From the IMG/VR virus record IMGVR_UViG_3300008107_000056, positions 2,700-66,699 of that record: 64,000 nt of DNA; one strand, 5' to 3'. The stretch comes from a virus. Under the pieces are notes generated by a model that was not told the origin of the DNA, ran no database searches, and worked only from the letters and a program-made list of their open reading frames with translations. Made by a program: the position numbers and the translations under genes. Positions 8,287 through 18,594 of the stretch are shown one piece after another; the first letter of the stretch is position 1; each line of letters starts with the position of its first letter.

Positions 8287-8793
8287 TCACCAACATTTAG
8301 AATAATCTAATATCTCACTTTGACGACTGACTTCTTTAACAAAGTAAGCACATACTGGATTTTCTCCGGCATGTAATGGAGTTGCCAATAATTGTCCAAT
8401 ACGCATTTTTGGAAAATACCATTTGACATCTTGATAAACATTGACAATGTCTACAGGATAAAATTCTGGTTTGAAACTACTAAGTGGATTGAAAGTAAAA
8501 GCACTAAATCCCCTGTCATTCAAACTAGTAAGTGGTAGCACTTCCATTTCACCAGTACTTTCTGGATCGCCAACTACCATGCACCAATCCAGTGGCATCT
8601 GAATTTGCCAAGGGCCAATTTGCAATACTGCCGCAGGACATGTAAATGATTCTAAAAAAATCAATGGTTGAAAAAAGTAATCTGGATTTTGATTGTCGCT
8701 GTTATCTAGTACAGCAAATCTACAGTCCTCGTCTACTTCTTCTGGTAGATCATTCAAATAGAATGTCTCATCTTTGAGTGTTAAAATTTGCAT
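8287..8793 (-). CDS. Hypothetical protein
   Basis: 168-aa ORF; start overlaps the uvsW stop (TAATG). Confidence 0.75.
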   Translation of the reverse strand: MQILTLKDETFYLNDLPEEVDEDCRFAVLDNSDNQNPDYFFQPLIFLESFTCPAAVLQIGPWQIQMPLDWCMVVGDPESTGEMEVLPLTSLNDRGFSAFTFNPLSSFKPEFYPVDIVNVYQDVKWYFPKMRIGQLLATPLHAGENPVCAYFVKEVSRQSEILDYSKCW

Positions 8794-10250
8794 TAATATT
8801 TCACCTTATCTATTGTAAATGGGTACTTTGCTTCTTTGTAGAATTTTTTACGTTCTGTTAAATGTCTTTTAGCGTATTTGGTACTAGCAGTTATATCCCA
8901 AATTTGGACGAAGTCTTTGTCTTCCGCTTTTCTAATACCACGTCCAATAGATTGGATAACGCGGACAAAGCTCTTTCCGGGTTCAATAAGAACCAAATTA
9001 AAGATCCTAGGAATATTAAGGCCCACAGCGGCCACACCATAAGTCGCCACAATAATCTTATCATCACTTGTACGTACTTCATCATATTCTGTTTTCCTGT
9101 CTTTTGTCTTTACTGTGCCATTAACAAAAACACTGTTCGGCAAATTTTCTGTTAAAAACTTTCCACACTCAATTCTATCAACTAGAACAAGCGTATTACC
9201 TGATTCGTTAATGCCAGCTATCATACCAGCAATATGTGCCAGTCTATCCTTGTCAGTTACTAGATATTTTAATTCTTCTGCGTAACCGCCAAACTCTTTC
9301 CATTCTTGTGTTTGGATAACATTAACATGACAATTAGCAAGATGGCCTGCCTCTTGTAGTTCATGTGCCGCAATTCCACCAACAACTGGTCCTAAACTTG
9401 CAACAATGCCCTCAAGTTCATAATGTGCCTTTGGTACTGTGCCTGTTAATCCCCAACGTATTGGACAATGTGCAAATGCTCCTGTTAATAAATTTTTTAA
9501 TACATCTGCTTTAGCCATATGTACTTCGTCAACAATAACACAAACAACGCCTTCAATAAACTCTAACAAGCTCATTGCATCGTCTATTTCTTTACCCTTC
9601 TTTTCAAGGATATTAAGTGACTGCCAAGTGCAAATTGTGTGTGTCTTGTCTAAGTCTTTACGGTCACCATAATACACACCAACATCTAAACCAACGTTAC
9701 GATAATCTTCTTCTGTTTGTTCTACAAGTCCTTTGTTTGGTACAATAACAAGTGTACGACCATATTTCTCACACATATGACTCATTGTCGCAGTCATAAT
9801 AGTTTTACCAGCACCAGTCGCAAGTTCCTGTATACTTTGAGGATTTTCAAAGAAACGATTAATTGCATCAGGCTGGTAATCACGCAACATAATGGGCTCG
9901 CCTTCTTTGACGTGTCCCTTAGGCCAAGTTTTACCTTTATCAGACCAATAAGATTCAGTTACTTTTTCAAACTCTAATTTAATTGGTTTACGTAAGTCTA
10001 CTAAATCAATATCATATTTGTCTTGCTCAATAATTGGCAAAACTCTGTCTAGCATACTTAGATAAGTTGTACCACCTAATCCAAAGAAGCTAACTGTCCC
10101 GTCCCAACGTCCTAATTTAAACGCAGGCATATGGCGTGCATACGGCAACTCGTACTTAAACTTAGACACTAATTTTTTTCTTGTGTCCAAGTCCAAGCCT
10201 TCAATTTTTACATTGACTTCATCTTTTAAAATTATTTTACAAGTTGACAA
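8793..10250 (-). CDS. uvsW: UvsW-like SF2 DNA helicase
   Basis: LRDYQ, ATGAGKT, VDEVH, GLTGT and QSIGRGIR motifs; TTG start at 10250 with GAGG SD. Confidence 0.92.
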   Translation of the reverse strand: MSTCKIILKDEVNVKIEGLDLDTRKKLVSKFKYELPYARHMPAFKLGRWDGTVSFFGLGGTTYLSMLDRVLPIIEQDKYDIDLVDLRKPIKLEFEKVTESYWSDKGKTWPKGHVKEGEPIMLRDYQPDAINRFFENPQSIQELATGAGKTIMTATMSHMCEKYGRTLVIVPNKGLVEQTEEDYRNVGLDVGVYYGDRKDLDKTHTICTWQSLNILEKKGKEIDDAMSLLEFIEGVVCVIVDEVHMAKADVLKNLLTGAFAHCPIRWGLTGTVPKAHYELEGIVASLGPVVGGIAAHELQEAGHLANCHVNVIQTQEWKEFGGYAEELKYLVTDKDRLAHIAGMIAGINESGNTLVLVDRIECGKFLTENLPNSVFVNGTVKTKDRKTEYDEVRTSDDKIIVATYGVAAVGLNIPRIFNLVLIEPGKSFVRVIQSIGRGIRKAEDKDFVQIWDITASTKYAKRHLTERKKFYKEAKYPFTIDKVKY

Positions 10251-11412
10251 TGTCTGCCTCTGCTGATTTATGTTCGTTGTACTGCAAAGAAAAAATAGAA
10301 TTTTTAACGGTATTGATAATACTGTAATGAGATGTAACATATCTGTTTACAAACAAACAGACATCAATATTGTGGTGATTTTTTAATAAACTTTTTGGAA
10401 ATTTATTGCTCAAAAATACCCAATTGGGAGCAGAAGACGCTTCTTTATTCAAACCAAAGTCTTTAATCACTTTATTAAAAGTGACGCCGTCCTCTTCATT
10501 TTTTCTTCTAAAAAATACGCCTATTTGATCTAAGCTAACTCCAACATTGATTAGATCACTAACCCATTCATTTAAAGTATCTGCACTAATATTTTCGTCA
10601 ACAAATACAGCAGTATTCACGTTCATTTCTTTAATTAAAGAAAGAACTTCTGTCCTAGAGTGCTTTGCTTTGTCAATAAAGAATTTTTGATTATGACTTT
10701 GTTCGTATATTTTGTACAAAGAATTTAATTTGATTAGTTCTGATATTTCATCAGCAACATTGTCTGCATAAATGTGAACACCTAATTTAGTACTTTCAAT
10801 TAATGCTGATTTTAAATCGTTTGTTTCAAAATCACTCTTAATATTTTTAAATTTATAACTATCGTTTTCTTTTATTAATGTTGGCACAAAATTTTCAAAT
10901 TCATCTTTGATTTGATTATATTTGTCAATATAGTTTTTGATTTCGTCATCAATAACAAAACTATCAGACAAATTGTCTAATATAAAGGCCAAACTGACTT
11001 CGTTTAGATCCAGTGTCCAGTTTTTATTATCAGGATCCCATTCAGCTCTGGTGAGCTTTTCTTTAGTATTAAGTGTTCTAAACAATGTTAACAAATTTTG
11101 ATCAAAGGGAAACTTAATAATAAATCTTTTAGAAATTGGATCTAATGTAACAGATTTTGTGTTATCAATAGTTCTTAAATTAAATTTATAAACTGGAGTC
11201 TCTAACATATTTTCTATGTCAGTGACGCCAATTTTTTTAAATTGATTTCGATATTTTTTGACAAGTCGTAAAGCAATATCGGCCTGTTTATGCGTAAATG
11301 CTTTACCATTGAAAATTTGGTTAGCTAGACTTTGAGATATTTTTTCATCAAAGTTACTGACGTGTATACGTCCTAAACCAAACTGTTCGACTAAATCTTC
11401 AATATATTTCAT
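10237..11412 (-). CDS. Hypothetical protein upstream of uvsW
   Basis: 391-aa ORF preceded by a consensus sigma70 promoter. Confidence 0.75.
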   Translation of the reverse strand: MKYIEDLVEQFGLGRIHVSNFDEKISQSLANQIFNGKAFTHKQADIALRLVKKYRNQFKKIGVTDIENMLETPVYKFNLRTIDNTKSVTLDPISKRFIIKFPFDQNLLTLFRTLNTKEKLTRAEWDPDNKNWTLDLNEVSLAFILDNLSDSFVIDDEIKNYIDKYNQIKDEFENFVPTLIKENDSYKFKNIKSDFETNDLKSALIESTKLGVHIYADNVADEISELIKLNSLYKIYEQSHNQKFFIDKAKHSRTEVLSLIKEMNVNTAVFVDENISADTLNEWVSDLINVGVSLDQIGVFFRRKNEEDGVTFNKVIKDFGLNKEASSAPNWVFLSNKFPKSLLKNHHNIDVCLFVNRYVTSHYSIINTVKNSIFSLQYNEHKSAEADIVNL

Positions 11413-11418
11413 ACTAAT

Positions 11419-11447
11419 ATTATAGTTGATATTGAAGCGTTTGTCAA
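11419..11447 (-). promoter_or_regulatory. Consensus sigma70 (early) promoter
   Basis: TTGACA-17 nt-TATAAT, ending 6 nt before ATG 11412. Confidence 0.88.
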
Positions 11448-11449
11448 TA

Positions 11450-11902
11450 CTATAATGTAATGTCTTCCATTCCAGCAGTTCTTAGTTTAATGATATTACT
11501 CATTTGCCATTGCTTTATATCAAGGCTTTTGATAATACCCAACCATTTATTTCTAATCAATGCAAACTCATTAATTAGCTTTTCAAAGTCAACTACGTCT
11601 GCTTCACCATCAACATATTTTTCTACGTCTCGACTGCTTAACGCTCTTTGATAATTTTCTAGATATTTTCTAAATGTTTTACTACGTAGACGTCTAAGTT
11701 CTATATTAAGATATTCTAATATAGCTTCAATTTCTTGAAGTTGGTTGAATCTCTGCTCAACCACGCCTGGTAACTGAGCAGAGAGTTTTTCAATATTACC
11801 GTATATTTTACATTCTGTCTGTGCTTGAGCTAACTCATTATAGTAGTACTCAAGGCAAGCAGGTAGTTCAGAAAGATCTTTACTTACCTTGTTGTACCAC
11901 AT
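11450..11902 (-). CDS. uvsY: UvsY recombination mediator
   Basis: 150-aa helical protein between uvsX and uvsW; EKYVDGE...KQWQMSNIIKLR pattern. Confidence 0.75.
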   Translation of the reverse strand: MWYNKVSKDLSELPACLEYYYNELAQAQTECKIYGNIEKLSAQLPGVVEQRFNQLQEIEAILEYLNIELRRLRSKTFRKYLENYQRALSSRDVEKYVDGEADVVDFEKLINEFALIRNKWLGIIKSLDIKQWQMSNIIKLRTAGMEDITL

Positions 11903-11904
11903 TA

Positions 11905-12150
11905 TTAGTCCTCGTCTTCGTAATATTCTTCATCTTCACCTTCGTCATCATAGCCTGCTTCCTCACGAAGTAGTGCTTTGATAGCTTCATCAAGATGATT
12001 ATCAAGACCTTGCAAACCTTCTAGAGTGTCTGTACTAACATCATTATCAACTAAAAAGTCAACAAAATGATTAGCGGCAGTATCCATATTTTTTGCAGGG
12101 ATATATTCTTTGAACAAGTCCCAGATTTCAATGATTAGTTGTTCTTCCAT
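11905..12150 (-). CDS. Small acidic hypothetical protein
   Basis: 81-aa ORF with a D/E-rich tail; GAGGA SD. Confidence 0.75.
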   Translation of the reverse strand: MEEQLIIEIWDLFKEYIPAKNMDTAANHFVDFLVDNDVSTDTLEGLQGLDNHLDEAIKALLREEAGYDDEGEDEEYYEDED

Positions 12151-12152
12151 GA

Positions 12153-13214
12153 TTACGCATTTTCCTCTACAATATCTTCAACCTCAGCTTTTGCCAGTGA
12201 AGTATTATAATTAGCCATAATGACATTAAGACCGTCTTTTTCGTTACGTTCCCACGCTTTACGGAATTGTTTAATAATTTCGCCTTCAGGTGTTACATAA
12301 ACAAGACTGTTACCTTCTTTCTTTAGAAGACCTTTACTTTCTGCAAGATCAACTAATCCACTAAACGGGCTCATACCTGTTTCATATGGAATCTCAACCT
12401 GAACAGATTCAAAGGGTTTAGCATACCTTGTTTTCATAATCTTACAAGCGGCACGAATACCGTTAACTGTGGTAGTCTTATTACCATCAGCATCTGTTTT
12501 AAGTTTTAACTTACGCATAGCAACAACAATACTAGATGCATAAATGAAACCTTGACCACCACTGATCTTGTCATCAGGGTCAAACATATCTTGGCTTGCG
12601 TATGTGTGATTGGTTGCTACCAATCCCACGTTATAACTACCAAACATATTAACACAGTTACGAACAAGTGCTGTCAGTGCTTTAGGCTTACGACCCATGT
12701 CACCTTTCAAATCACCTGCTTCAAATTGATTAATATCAGTTGGAGTCAGCAACATGCCCAATGAGTCAATAACAAACAATACTTTTGGTCTGTTACCATC
12801 TTCCATTGTTTTGTACTCTTTCATGAATTCGTGAATAGTTTTTGCCACGTCATCAATCATAGCCATGTTAAGTTTGAGCAGTTTGTCTTCACTAGTATCT
12901 ACACCAAGTGCGTGTAGCCATGCTTCATCTAGTGCGTTTTCACTGTCAATTAGAACAACATAAATGCCTTGTTCTTGTGCGTGTCTTACAATGTTGCCTG
13001 AGCAAATATAAGATTTACCTGCACCACTTTCACCAGCAAATACAGTAACTTTACCAAGAGGAATACCTTTGTTAAAATCGCCACTGATCAGGTAGTTGAG
13101 TGCATAATTACCTGTTGAAATCCAGTCTGTAGGATCGTTAAAACCAACACCAAGCCCGTCAATAGACTTAGTGAGGGTTTTACGAAACTTCGAGACATCA
13201 AATGCCTTACCCAT
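12153..13214 (-). CDS. uvsX: UvsX/RecA-like recombinase
   Basis: STGNYALN, Walker A GESGAGKS, IDSENAL, Walker B VIDSLG, NHTY, SGG.G. Confidence 0.95.
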   Translation of the reverse strand: MGKAFDVSKFRKTLTKSIDGLGVGFNDPTDWISTGNYALNYLISGDFNKGIPLGKVTVFAGESGAGKSYICSGNIVRHAQEQGIYVVLIDSENALDEAWLHALGVDTSEDKLLKLNMAMIDDVAKTIHEFMKEYKTMEDGNRPKVLFVIDSLGMLLTPTDINQFEAGDLKGDMGRKPKALTALVRNCVNMFGSYNVGLVATNHTYASQDMFDPDDKISGGQGFIYASSIVVAMRKLKLKTDADGNKTTTVNGIRAACKIMKTRYAKPFESVQVEIPYETGMSPFSGLVDLAESKGLLKKEGNSLVYVTPEGEIIKQFRKAWERNEKDGLNVIMANYNTSLAKAEVEDIVEENA

Positions 13215-13233
13215 TCGTAAACCCTCCTAATTA

Positions 13234-14232
13234 TTATTCTGATTTATTTTGACGTGCGCGAATTGCGGCTAAAATGTCTTGAGCACGTTCGCTACCGCTA
13301 CCACTTGCTGGTGCTGAAGCTTTTGTGCTTGGTTCATCTTCCCACGGTGCAGTCTCTGCCTTTTCAGCTTTTGGTGCAACTTTAGGCGCCGCATCAACTG
13401 CGCCAACATCTGCTTCTGCATCGTTGCTACGACCACTACCAGTCATACCTGCTGGTTTGAAGTACTGACCCCAACGGTCCATGTCAAATGCTTCGCCATC
13501 AACAGATGCTTCAAACATCTCTTTGATAACTTTCAATTCAACATCTGTTGGCTTCTTAGGAAGGAAGTCACGTAGATTGAAAAGACCTCTTTCTTTTACT
13601 GCGCTTTGTTCGTCATCACTAAGAGCACGTTCACGACGTCCCCACTTACTTGTGGAGTAATCAGCATAACCACCTTTAGTTGTTTTAACGATTTTGAAGT
13701 CAAGACCACGAACGTAGTCTGTTGGCAATTCTTCAATTTCATTATCCATCAACGCACCTTTAATAATATTAAAGATTTGTGGACCAATAATAAAACGACG
13801 AATTGGATTTTCTGGAGTTCTATCTTCTTTGAACTTGCCAGCGTCAACAACAAAACCTTGGAATACGTAAGACTTTTTCTTCCAGTACTTACGACCCATA
13901 TCTTCCAAACTCTTATCCTTGAACCAAGGACGTACTTCAGTTAGAATTGGGCAAGTTTCACCCCACATTTCCATACAAGGAACTTGTACAGTAACAGGAC
14001 GTGAATCTGTTTGACCTTTGATGCCAGCAAATGGCAACTTGATCATGGCACGTTCTGCCCAAAAGAAAGTATTGTTTGGATCGTTGTCTGGAAGGAAACG
14101 GACAGTTACTTCTTGTCCTTCTGCAATATTCCAGTGTGGGAAAATGGCGTTGTCGCCACCTGTTTGACTACCGCCTGACTGACGGTTATTTTGTTCTTGA
14201 AGCTTTGCTCTAATTTCTGCTAAAGATGCCAT
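13234..14232 (-). CDS. gp32: Single-stranded DNA-binding protein (T4 gp32-like)
   Basis: VRFLPD, C...CP, G.DFKIVK...YADYSTS and an acidic/low-complexity tail; upstream of uvsX. Confidence 0.88.
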   Translation of the reverse strand: MASLAEIRAKLQEQNNRQSGGSQTGGDNAIFPHWNIAEGQEVTVRFLPDNDPNNTFFWAERAMIKLPFAGIKGQTDSRPVTVQVPCMEMWGETCPILTEVRPWFKDKSLEDMGRKYWKKKSYVFQGFVVDAGKFKEDRTPENPIRRFIIGPQIFNIIKGALMDNEIEELPTDYVRGLDFKIVKTTKGGYADYSTSKWGRRERALSDDEQSAVKERGLFNLRDFLPKKPTDVELKVIKEMFEASVDGEAFDMDRWGQYFKPAGMTGSGRSNDAEADVGAVDAAPKVAPKAEKAETAPWEDEPSTKASAPASGSGSERAQDILAAIRARQNKSE

Positions 14233-14293
14233 AATGTTTCTCCTTATAATATGCCTTTAGTTTGCCTTTATTTGTCTGTGCCACTACACAAAC

Positions 14294-14340
14294 AAAAAGC
14301 GCATACGTTTAATTGTATGCGCTTTTATTTATCTTGTCAA
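14294..14340 (-). promoter_or_regulatory. Overlapping sigma70 promoter, late TAAATA box and terminator hairpin upstream of gp32
   Basis: TTGACA (14335-14340)-17 nt-TACAAT (14312-14317); TAAATA inside the spacer; 12-bp inverted repeat AAAAGCGCATAC/GTATGCGCTTTT at 14295-14326. Confidence 0.8.
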
Positions 14341-14353
14341 CTGGAATTTAGGA

Positions 14354-16990
14354 TTAGATTCCGGCTAACTTTTTCAAATCAATTACTTCGCCTGTTTGTT
14401 TATTTGATTGAGATTTTGTGCCTATTCCAGCTAATTTCTTTAAGTCGATAAAATCAGTACTTTCATTGACCTTCATAGTTTTTACTGGAGACTTATTAAT
14501 AGCTACTAATGCGCTATCTCTTTTCACTTGTCCACTTAACACTTTAATATCTTCAAACATTTGTGCTTCGTGACTTTGTGAGGCTAGTTTTTGAATTAAA
14601 CGTTCTGCAAGTTGTCCTGCCTTGTCGCCAAATTCTTTTTCAACTTTAATTTTGACACCTGTTTCGCCTAATGGGAAATTGCCTGTGTTACGGTCATAAA
14701 AGCCCATAATAAATTCTGCAATTTCTTTCATTGGTGCTCCACCAGATTTTTTCTTTTCATCTGTTTGTAGTTCTTCACCTTCATCTACATCTGCACCAAA
14801 ACCTGTAGTGTCTTGTTTAATACCACCACTCTTTGCCTTATTGCGTAGATTGGAAATAAATTGTGCATCGTCATCTTCTTCACTGCCTTTAATGCCACGT
14901 AGTTCTGCATCAATGTCCGCATCGCTCATTGCTGAACGTTTTGGTGCTTCATTTGATCCAGTAATGCGACTCCATGCGGTCATTGTTTTTTCATCACTTA
15001 CACCTAACATTGGCAATGTATTGAAGAATTCTTGTTCAACTTCTTCTGGCTGTACTTCGCCACTTTTAATTGCGCGAGCAATGTTTTGTAGATATTCCAT
15101 TGCGTGACGTTTTTCTTCTGGAGTTTGATCCATATTTTCTCTTGTAATAGGTGTGTGACGATTTGGGTCAAGTATATGATCTGGTTTTTCTTTGCCTGGA
15201 TTTACCATATAATCTTGTGCGTCCTTTTCTGCTTTTTCTGCTTTTTCTTTGTCGTTGTAATATTTTCCACCAGCAGCCACACCAGCACCAGTTACACCAA
15301 GTCTTGTTACTGGATTAAAAGCAAAACTAGTAATAGCTTTATCTGCTAAGTCGCCTACTGCACTGCCTAATTTACCAACTGATTTTGTCCAATGTTCTTG
15401 TACTTCAGATTGCTGTGATTCATGCAAACTGTCAAAAACTAATTCATGTAGTAGATCACCATGCTCGTCTCTTAACATTTCTAACTCTTCATCAGACATG
15501 TCCGACCCATCTTCAAATTGTCCGTCACTGAAATATGCATCTGAAAAATCTGGATAATCCCTAGTATCAACACCGTCAACTTGCAGACTGTTTACATCAA
15601 CTTCTTTTCCATTAATAGTGATGCCTTGTTGCATACCTTCTTGAACAGGTGTTTGTTGTACATCCAATGCGTTATAAATTTCTGGTTGGAATTTGCTTAA
15701 GAATTCCATTACAACGTCGGCTGCGTTTGCATCTGGACCTTGTTGTTCTGCCAGTTGTGCCAACTGAATTTTAGTTGCATCTGGAACATCAATGCCTAAT
15801 TCTTCTAGTGTGCCTGTTACATTGTCCCCATTGAGTCCAACAGGGAAATGCTCACTTAATAATTCGCCTAATTTTGAAAGATCTTCAGGATCTAATCTAG
15901 TTTCTACTAATGTATGTGCCCAATCATAAAATACACTCTCTGGTGTTAGGGTTGCTACATCTTCTAAACTTAATTCTGGTGTTTGGTCTTCTAATTGAGC
16001 AACTTCTTCTAAATCAATTTCATTTTCCTGCATGATACGATGTAACAATGGGAAAACTTCTGCAATGTCTTCTTTAAAACTTTTAACAGTAAATTTATCT
16101 TTATAATCTTCTAATGTGATGTCATCAATTAAAGGCATGTCACCGCTCATACCTGATTCACATTCTTGTTTAAATGCCTCATAATGATGTTGCATACTTA
16201 TTTTATTGATCTTATCTTTCAACTCTTGAAGTTTAACTTGTGCTCGTTCAACTATGTTGCTAGTTCCACTATTCATTAGGTCTTCACGGTAGACATAGTT
16301 TTTAAAGTTTGATAACTTAGCCATGTCTTCGCTCATCTGTATAATTTTTTGACCAACTGGATCATGAGGATATCCTTCATTTGCCACGTGACGTTGCATT
16401 GCCTTTGCACCAGCCAAATGTTTAAATGGATATTTGAACCTTTCTCCTGAAGCGTTTTCAATAAACAGACTTTCTAAATTTCTACTTCTTGCGCCTGGAA
16501 TTGATTCGTCTACTGGTTTGCTGTGACGAATAATTAGTTTGGTTCTTTGTAATGCTTCTAGAGGTCTATAACTAGTGCGACTAGTGCCTCTCATCATTGA
16601 TTCACTCATAACAGGTCCTTTATTGGCCAAATAGCCATAATCTCTTTTATCTAAATTTGTTTTGCTGATATCTCTAGTATCAAAGCTCATTAATCTTTTC
16701 ATGGCAAATTTTCTCATTTCTCTTAGGAAAGAATACCAAGTTTTAGAAGTTAACTCGTCAGCATCTTCTAATATGTTCTTGTTAAAATATAATTTTAAGC
16801 TGCCTGGCTCGTTGATGCTAATGCTAACTGTGCCTAAATTGCTTTCATTAAAAATTGCGTCAAAATCAAAGAATCTGCCCTTGGCAGCTTCAAATGTGGA
16901 CTGCCCGCTCTCATCGCCCATCTCCATTTTAGGGAATCGGCTACGTATCTTATAGAACAGGTCTTGGGCAATAATATCTTGATTAATCAT
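14354..16990 (-). CDS. Large acidic late protein, probable internal head/virion protein
   Basis: 878 aa; TAAATA box 5 nt upstream; repeated DLKKLAGI C-terminal motif shared with the scaffold. Confidence 0.7.
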   Translation of the reverse strand: MINQDIIAQDLFYKIRSRFPKMEMGDESGQSTFEAAKGRFFDFDAIFNESNLGTVSISINEPGSLKLYFNKNILEDADELTSKTWYSFLREMRKFAMKRLMSFDTRDISKTNLDKRDYGYLANKGPVMSESMMRGTSRTSYRPLEALQRTKLIIRHSKPVDESIPGARSRNLESLFIENASGERFKYPFKHLAGAKAMQRHVANEGYPHDPVGQKIIQMSEDMAKLSNFKNYVYREDLMNSGTSNIVERAQVKLQELKDKINKISMQHHYEAFKQECESGMSGDMPLIDDITLEDYKDKFTVKSFKEDIAEVFPLLHRIMQENEIDLEEVAQLEDQTPELSLEDVATLTPESVFYDWAHTLVETRLDPEDLSKLGELLSEHFPVGLNGDNVTGTLEELGIDVPDATKIQLAQLAEQQGPDANAADVVMEFLSKFQPEIYNALDVQQTPVQEGMQQGITINGKEVDVNSLQVDGVDTRDYPDFSDAYFSDGQFEDGSDMSDEELEMLRDEHGDLLHELVFDSLHESQQSEVQEHWTKSVGKLGSAVGDLADKAITSFAFNPVTRLGVTGAGVAAGGKYYNDKEKAEKAEKDAQDYMVNPGKEKPDHILDPNRHTPITRENMDQTPEEKRHAMEYLQNIARAIKSGEVQPEEVEQEFFNTLPMLGVSDEKTMTAWSRITGSNEAPKRSAMSDADIDAELRGIKGSEEDDDAQFISNLRNKAKSGGIKQDTTGFGADVDEGEELQTDEKKKSGGAPMKEIAEFIMGFYDRNTGNFPLGETGVKIKVEKEFGDKAGQLAERLIQKLASQSHEAQMFEDIKVLSGQVKRDSALVAINKSPVKTMKVNESTDFIDLKKLAGIGTKSQSNKQTGEVIDLKKLAGI

Positions 16991-17008
16991 AATGATATTT
17001 ATGCTTTC

Positions 17009-18580
17009 TTAGTTTATGAATATAGGCATGGGCATTATGGTTTCTTCAGTGTTTCTTAGGATATCGTAGACTGAAGGATCCCAGTCACTGAGAACTCCCA
17101 TCATTCTAACACATAATAACATGCTCATTACAAGGTCATCATGATCCCCGTTTTTTGCCTCAAAACTGCTGCCTGAAGCAACAAACGATTTTAGTTGACT
17201 CACTAGAGATTTGCTCTTTATTTCTATGGTTTTATTTTCTACTAGTTGCTTGAATTTAGCGCAGGCAGCAATTTTAGCATTGTGCGTGGTGTTAAATCCT
17301 TTACGGAATTTACGAACATGCCCTCTTCTAATAGGTTCGCTGATAAACAATCCTTGTATATTATCTTCGCCAATTTCATTAATAGCTACCAATGCGGCTT
17401 CGCCTACTGTGTTGTTTTCCACACTGTAATAGACTTTGGGACTGTCTATTCCCCCTCCTGCTTCTTCACTGATATACTTGCAGATGTCTCTCATTATTCT
17501 AACCTGTTGCTGTATAGGAGTCATATTATGTTGCCACTCTGCAATTTGTTTCATGCCAGGAATTTCAAATACTTCTATACCAGAATAGTCGCCGCCAGTT
17601 CCTAAACTTGGATCCAATGCCACAAGATATGACTTACCTTTTTGTATTTTGCCATACCAACGAACCTGTCCCATACGCATAACTGGTTCTACACCTTCCA
17701 TCTCTGCTAGAACTAATGCGCTAATCAATGTTTCATCAAAGATAATAAATTCGCATTCGTGTTCACGACGGAAACGTTCTTCGCCAATACGTGCTCGTTC
17801 TTCAGAAGCCCATTTTTCATCTCTATCAGGGTGCTCACTCCAATGTGCTCTAAATGGATGAAACCCGTTGATACCAACATCTTTCTCATCACCGTATTCA
17901 TCAAATAATTTGTTGGCTTCTTTCCATATTGTAGCAAATTGGTCTTCGTCGCTGTTAGGAGTGCTGGTAATAATTGCTTTACCACCAGTGCTCAACGTTG
18001 GGGAGATAGAAGTCCAGAATTCACTAGCAATGTTTGGTGGGACGAAGGCAAACTCATCACAATATAATAATGAAATAGCCATACCACGACCTGTATTACT
18101 GGTTGTAGTTTGACTTACTATTCGACTACCATTGTCAAATTCAATACTGCCTTTATTATAACTTGTAACACCTGCACGTAGAAAGTCAGGACATAGTTCG
18201 TAGGCATAACGAACACGTTGCATGATTTCCTGCGCACCTGAATATTTGTGTGCGGCAACTAGGATTGTGCTATCTGGTATGAACATAGCATACCAAAGCA
18301 AATACCCTGCTGCCGTAGTTGTTTTACCAGTTTGACGTGGCATCATGTTTACATTAAATCTGTAATCATGATAACTGTGTAAAAGTTTAACTTGAAAGTC
18401 AAATGGCTCAAATAGCATTTGACCTTTGGTTGGGTGCTGTATGTAAAAGAAATTACGAATAAAGTATTCGGGTCCCGTAATAGGATCCGCACACAACAGC
18501 ATCTGTTGTATTTCTTCTTCAGTCCACTTTTGCCTTATGTGGGCTTTTTTAATTAATACGCCTTCTAAGCTCTTTGCCAT
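17009..18580 (-). CDS. gp17: Terminase large subunit
   Basis: PFDFQ, Walker A PRQTGKT, Walker B LLYCDEFAF, ITSTPN; nuclease motifs LDPSLGTGGDYS, VENN and HDDLVM. Confidence 0.96.
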   Translation of the reverse strand: MAKSLEGVLIKKAHIRQKWTEEEIQQMLLCADPITGPEYFIRNFFYIQHPTKGQMLFEPFDFQVKLLHSYHDYRFNVNMMPRQTGKTTTAAGYLLWYAMFIPDSTILVAAHKYSGAQEIMQRVRYAYELCPDFLRAGVTSYNKGSIEFDNGSRIVSQTTTSNTGRGMAISLLYCDEFAFVPPNIASEFWTSISPTLSTGGKAIITSTPNSDEDQFATIWKEANKLFDEYGDEKDVGINGFHPFRAHWSEHPDRDEKWASEERARIGEERFRREHECEFIIFDETLISALVLAEMEGVEPVMRMGQVRWYGKIQKGKSYLVALDPSLGTGGDYSGIEVFEIPGMKQIAEWQHNMTPIQQQVRIMRDICKYISEEAGGGIDSPKVYYSVENNTVGEAALVAINEIGEDNIQGLFISEPIRRGHVRKFRKGFNTTHNAKIAACAKFKQLVENKTIEIKSKSLVSQLKSFVASGSSFEAKNGDHDDLVMSMLLCVRMMGVLSDWDPSVYDILRNTEETIMPMPIFIN

Positions 18581-18594
18581 AACTTTATTTACTG

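Noticed and set aside
8287-8793. Weak impression of a Hint/intein-like beta pattern in the protein after uvsW
   Set aside because: No N-terminal Cys/Ser, no TxxH block and no terminal HN; cannot be supported without a profile search
17009-18580. Possible intein or intron in terminase, helicase, UvsX or portal (common in T4-like phages)
   Set aside because: All are uninterrupted and of ordinary length, with contiguous motifs
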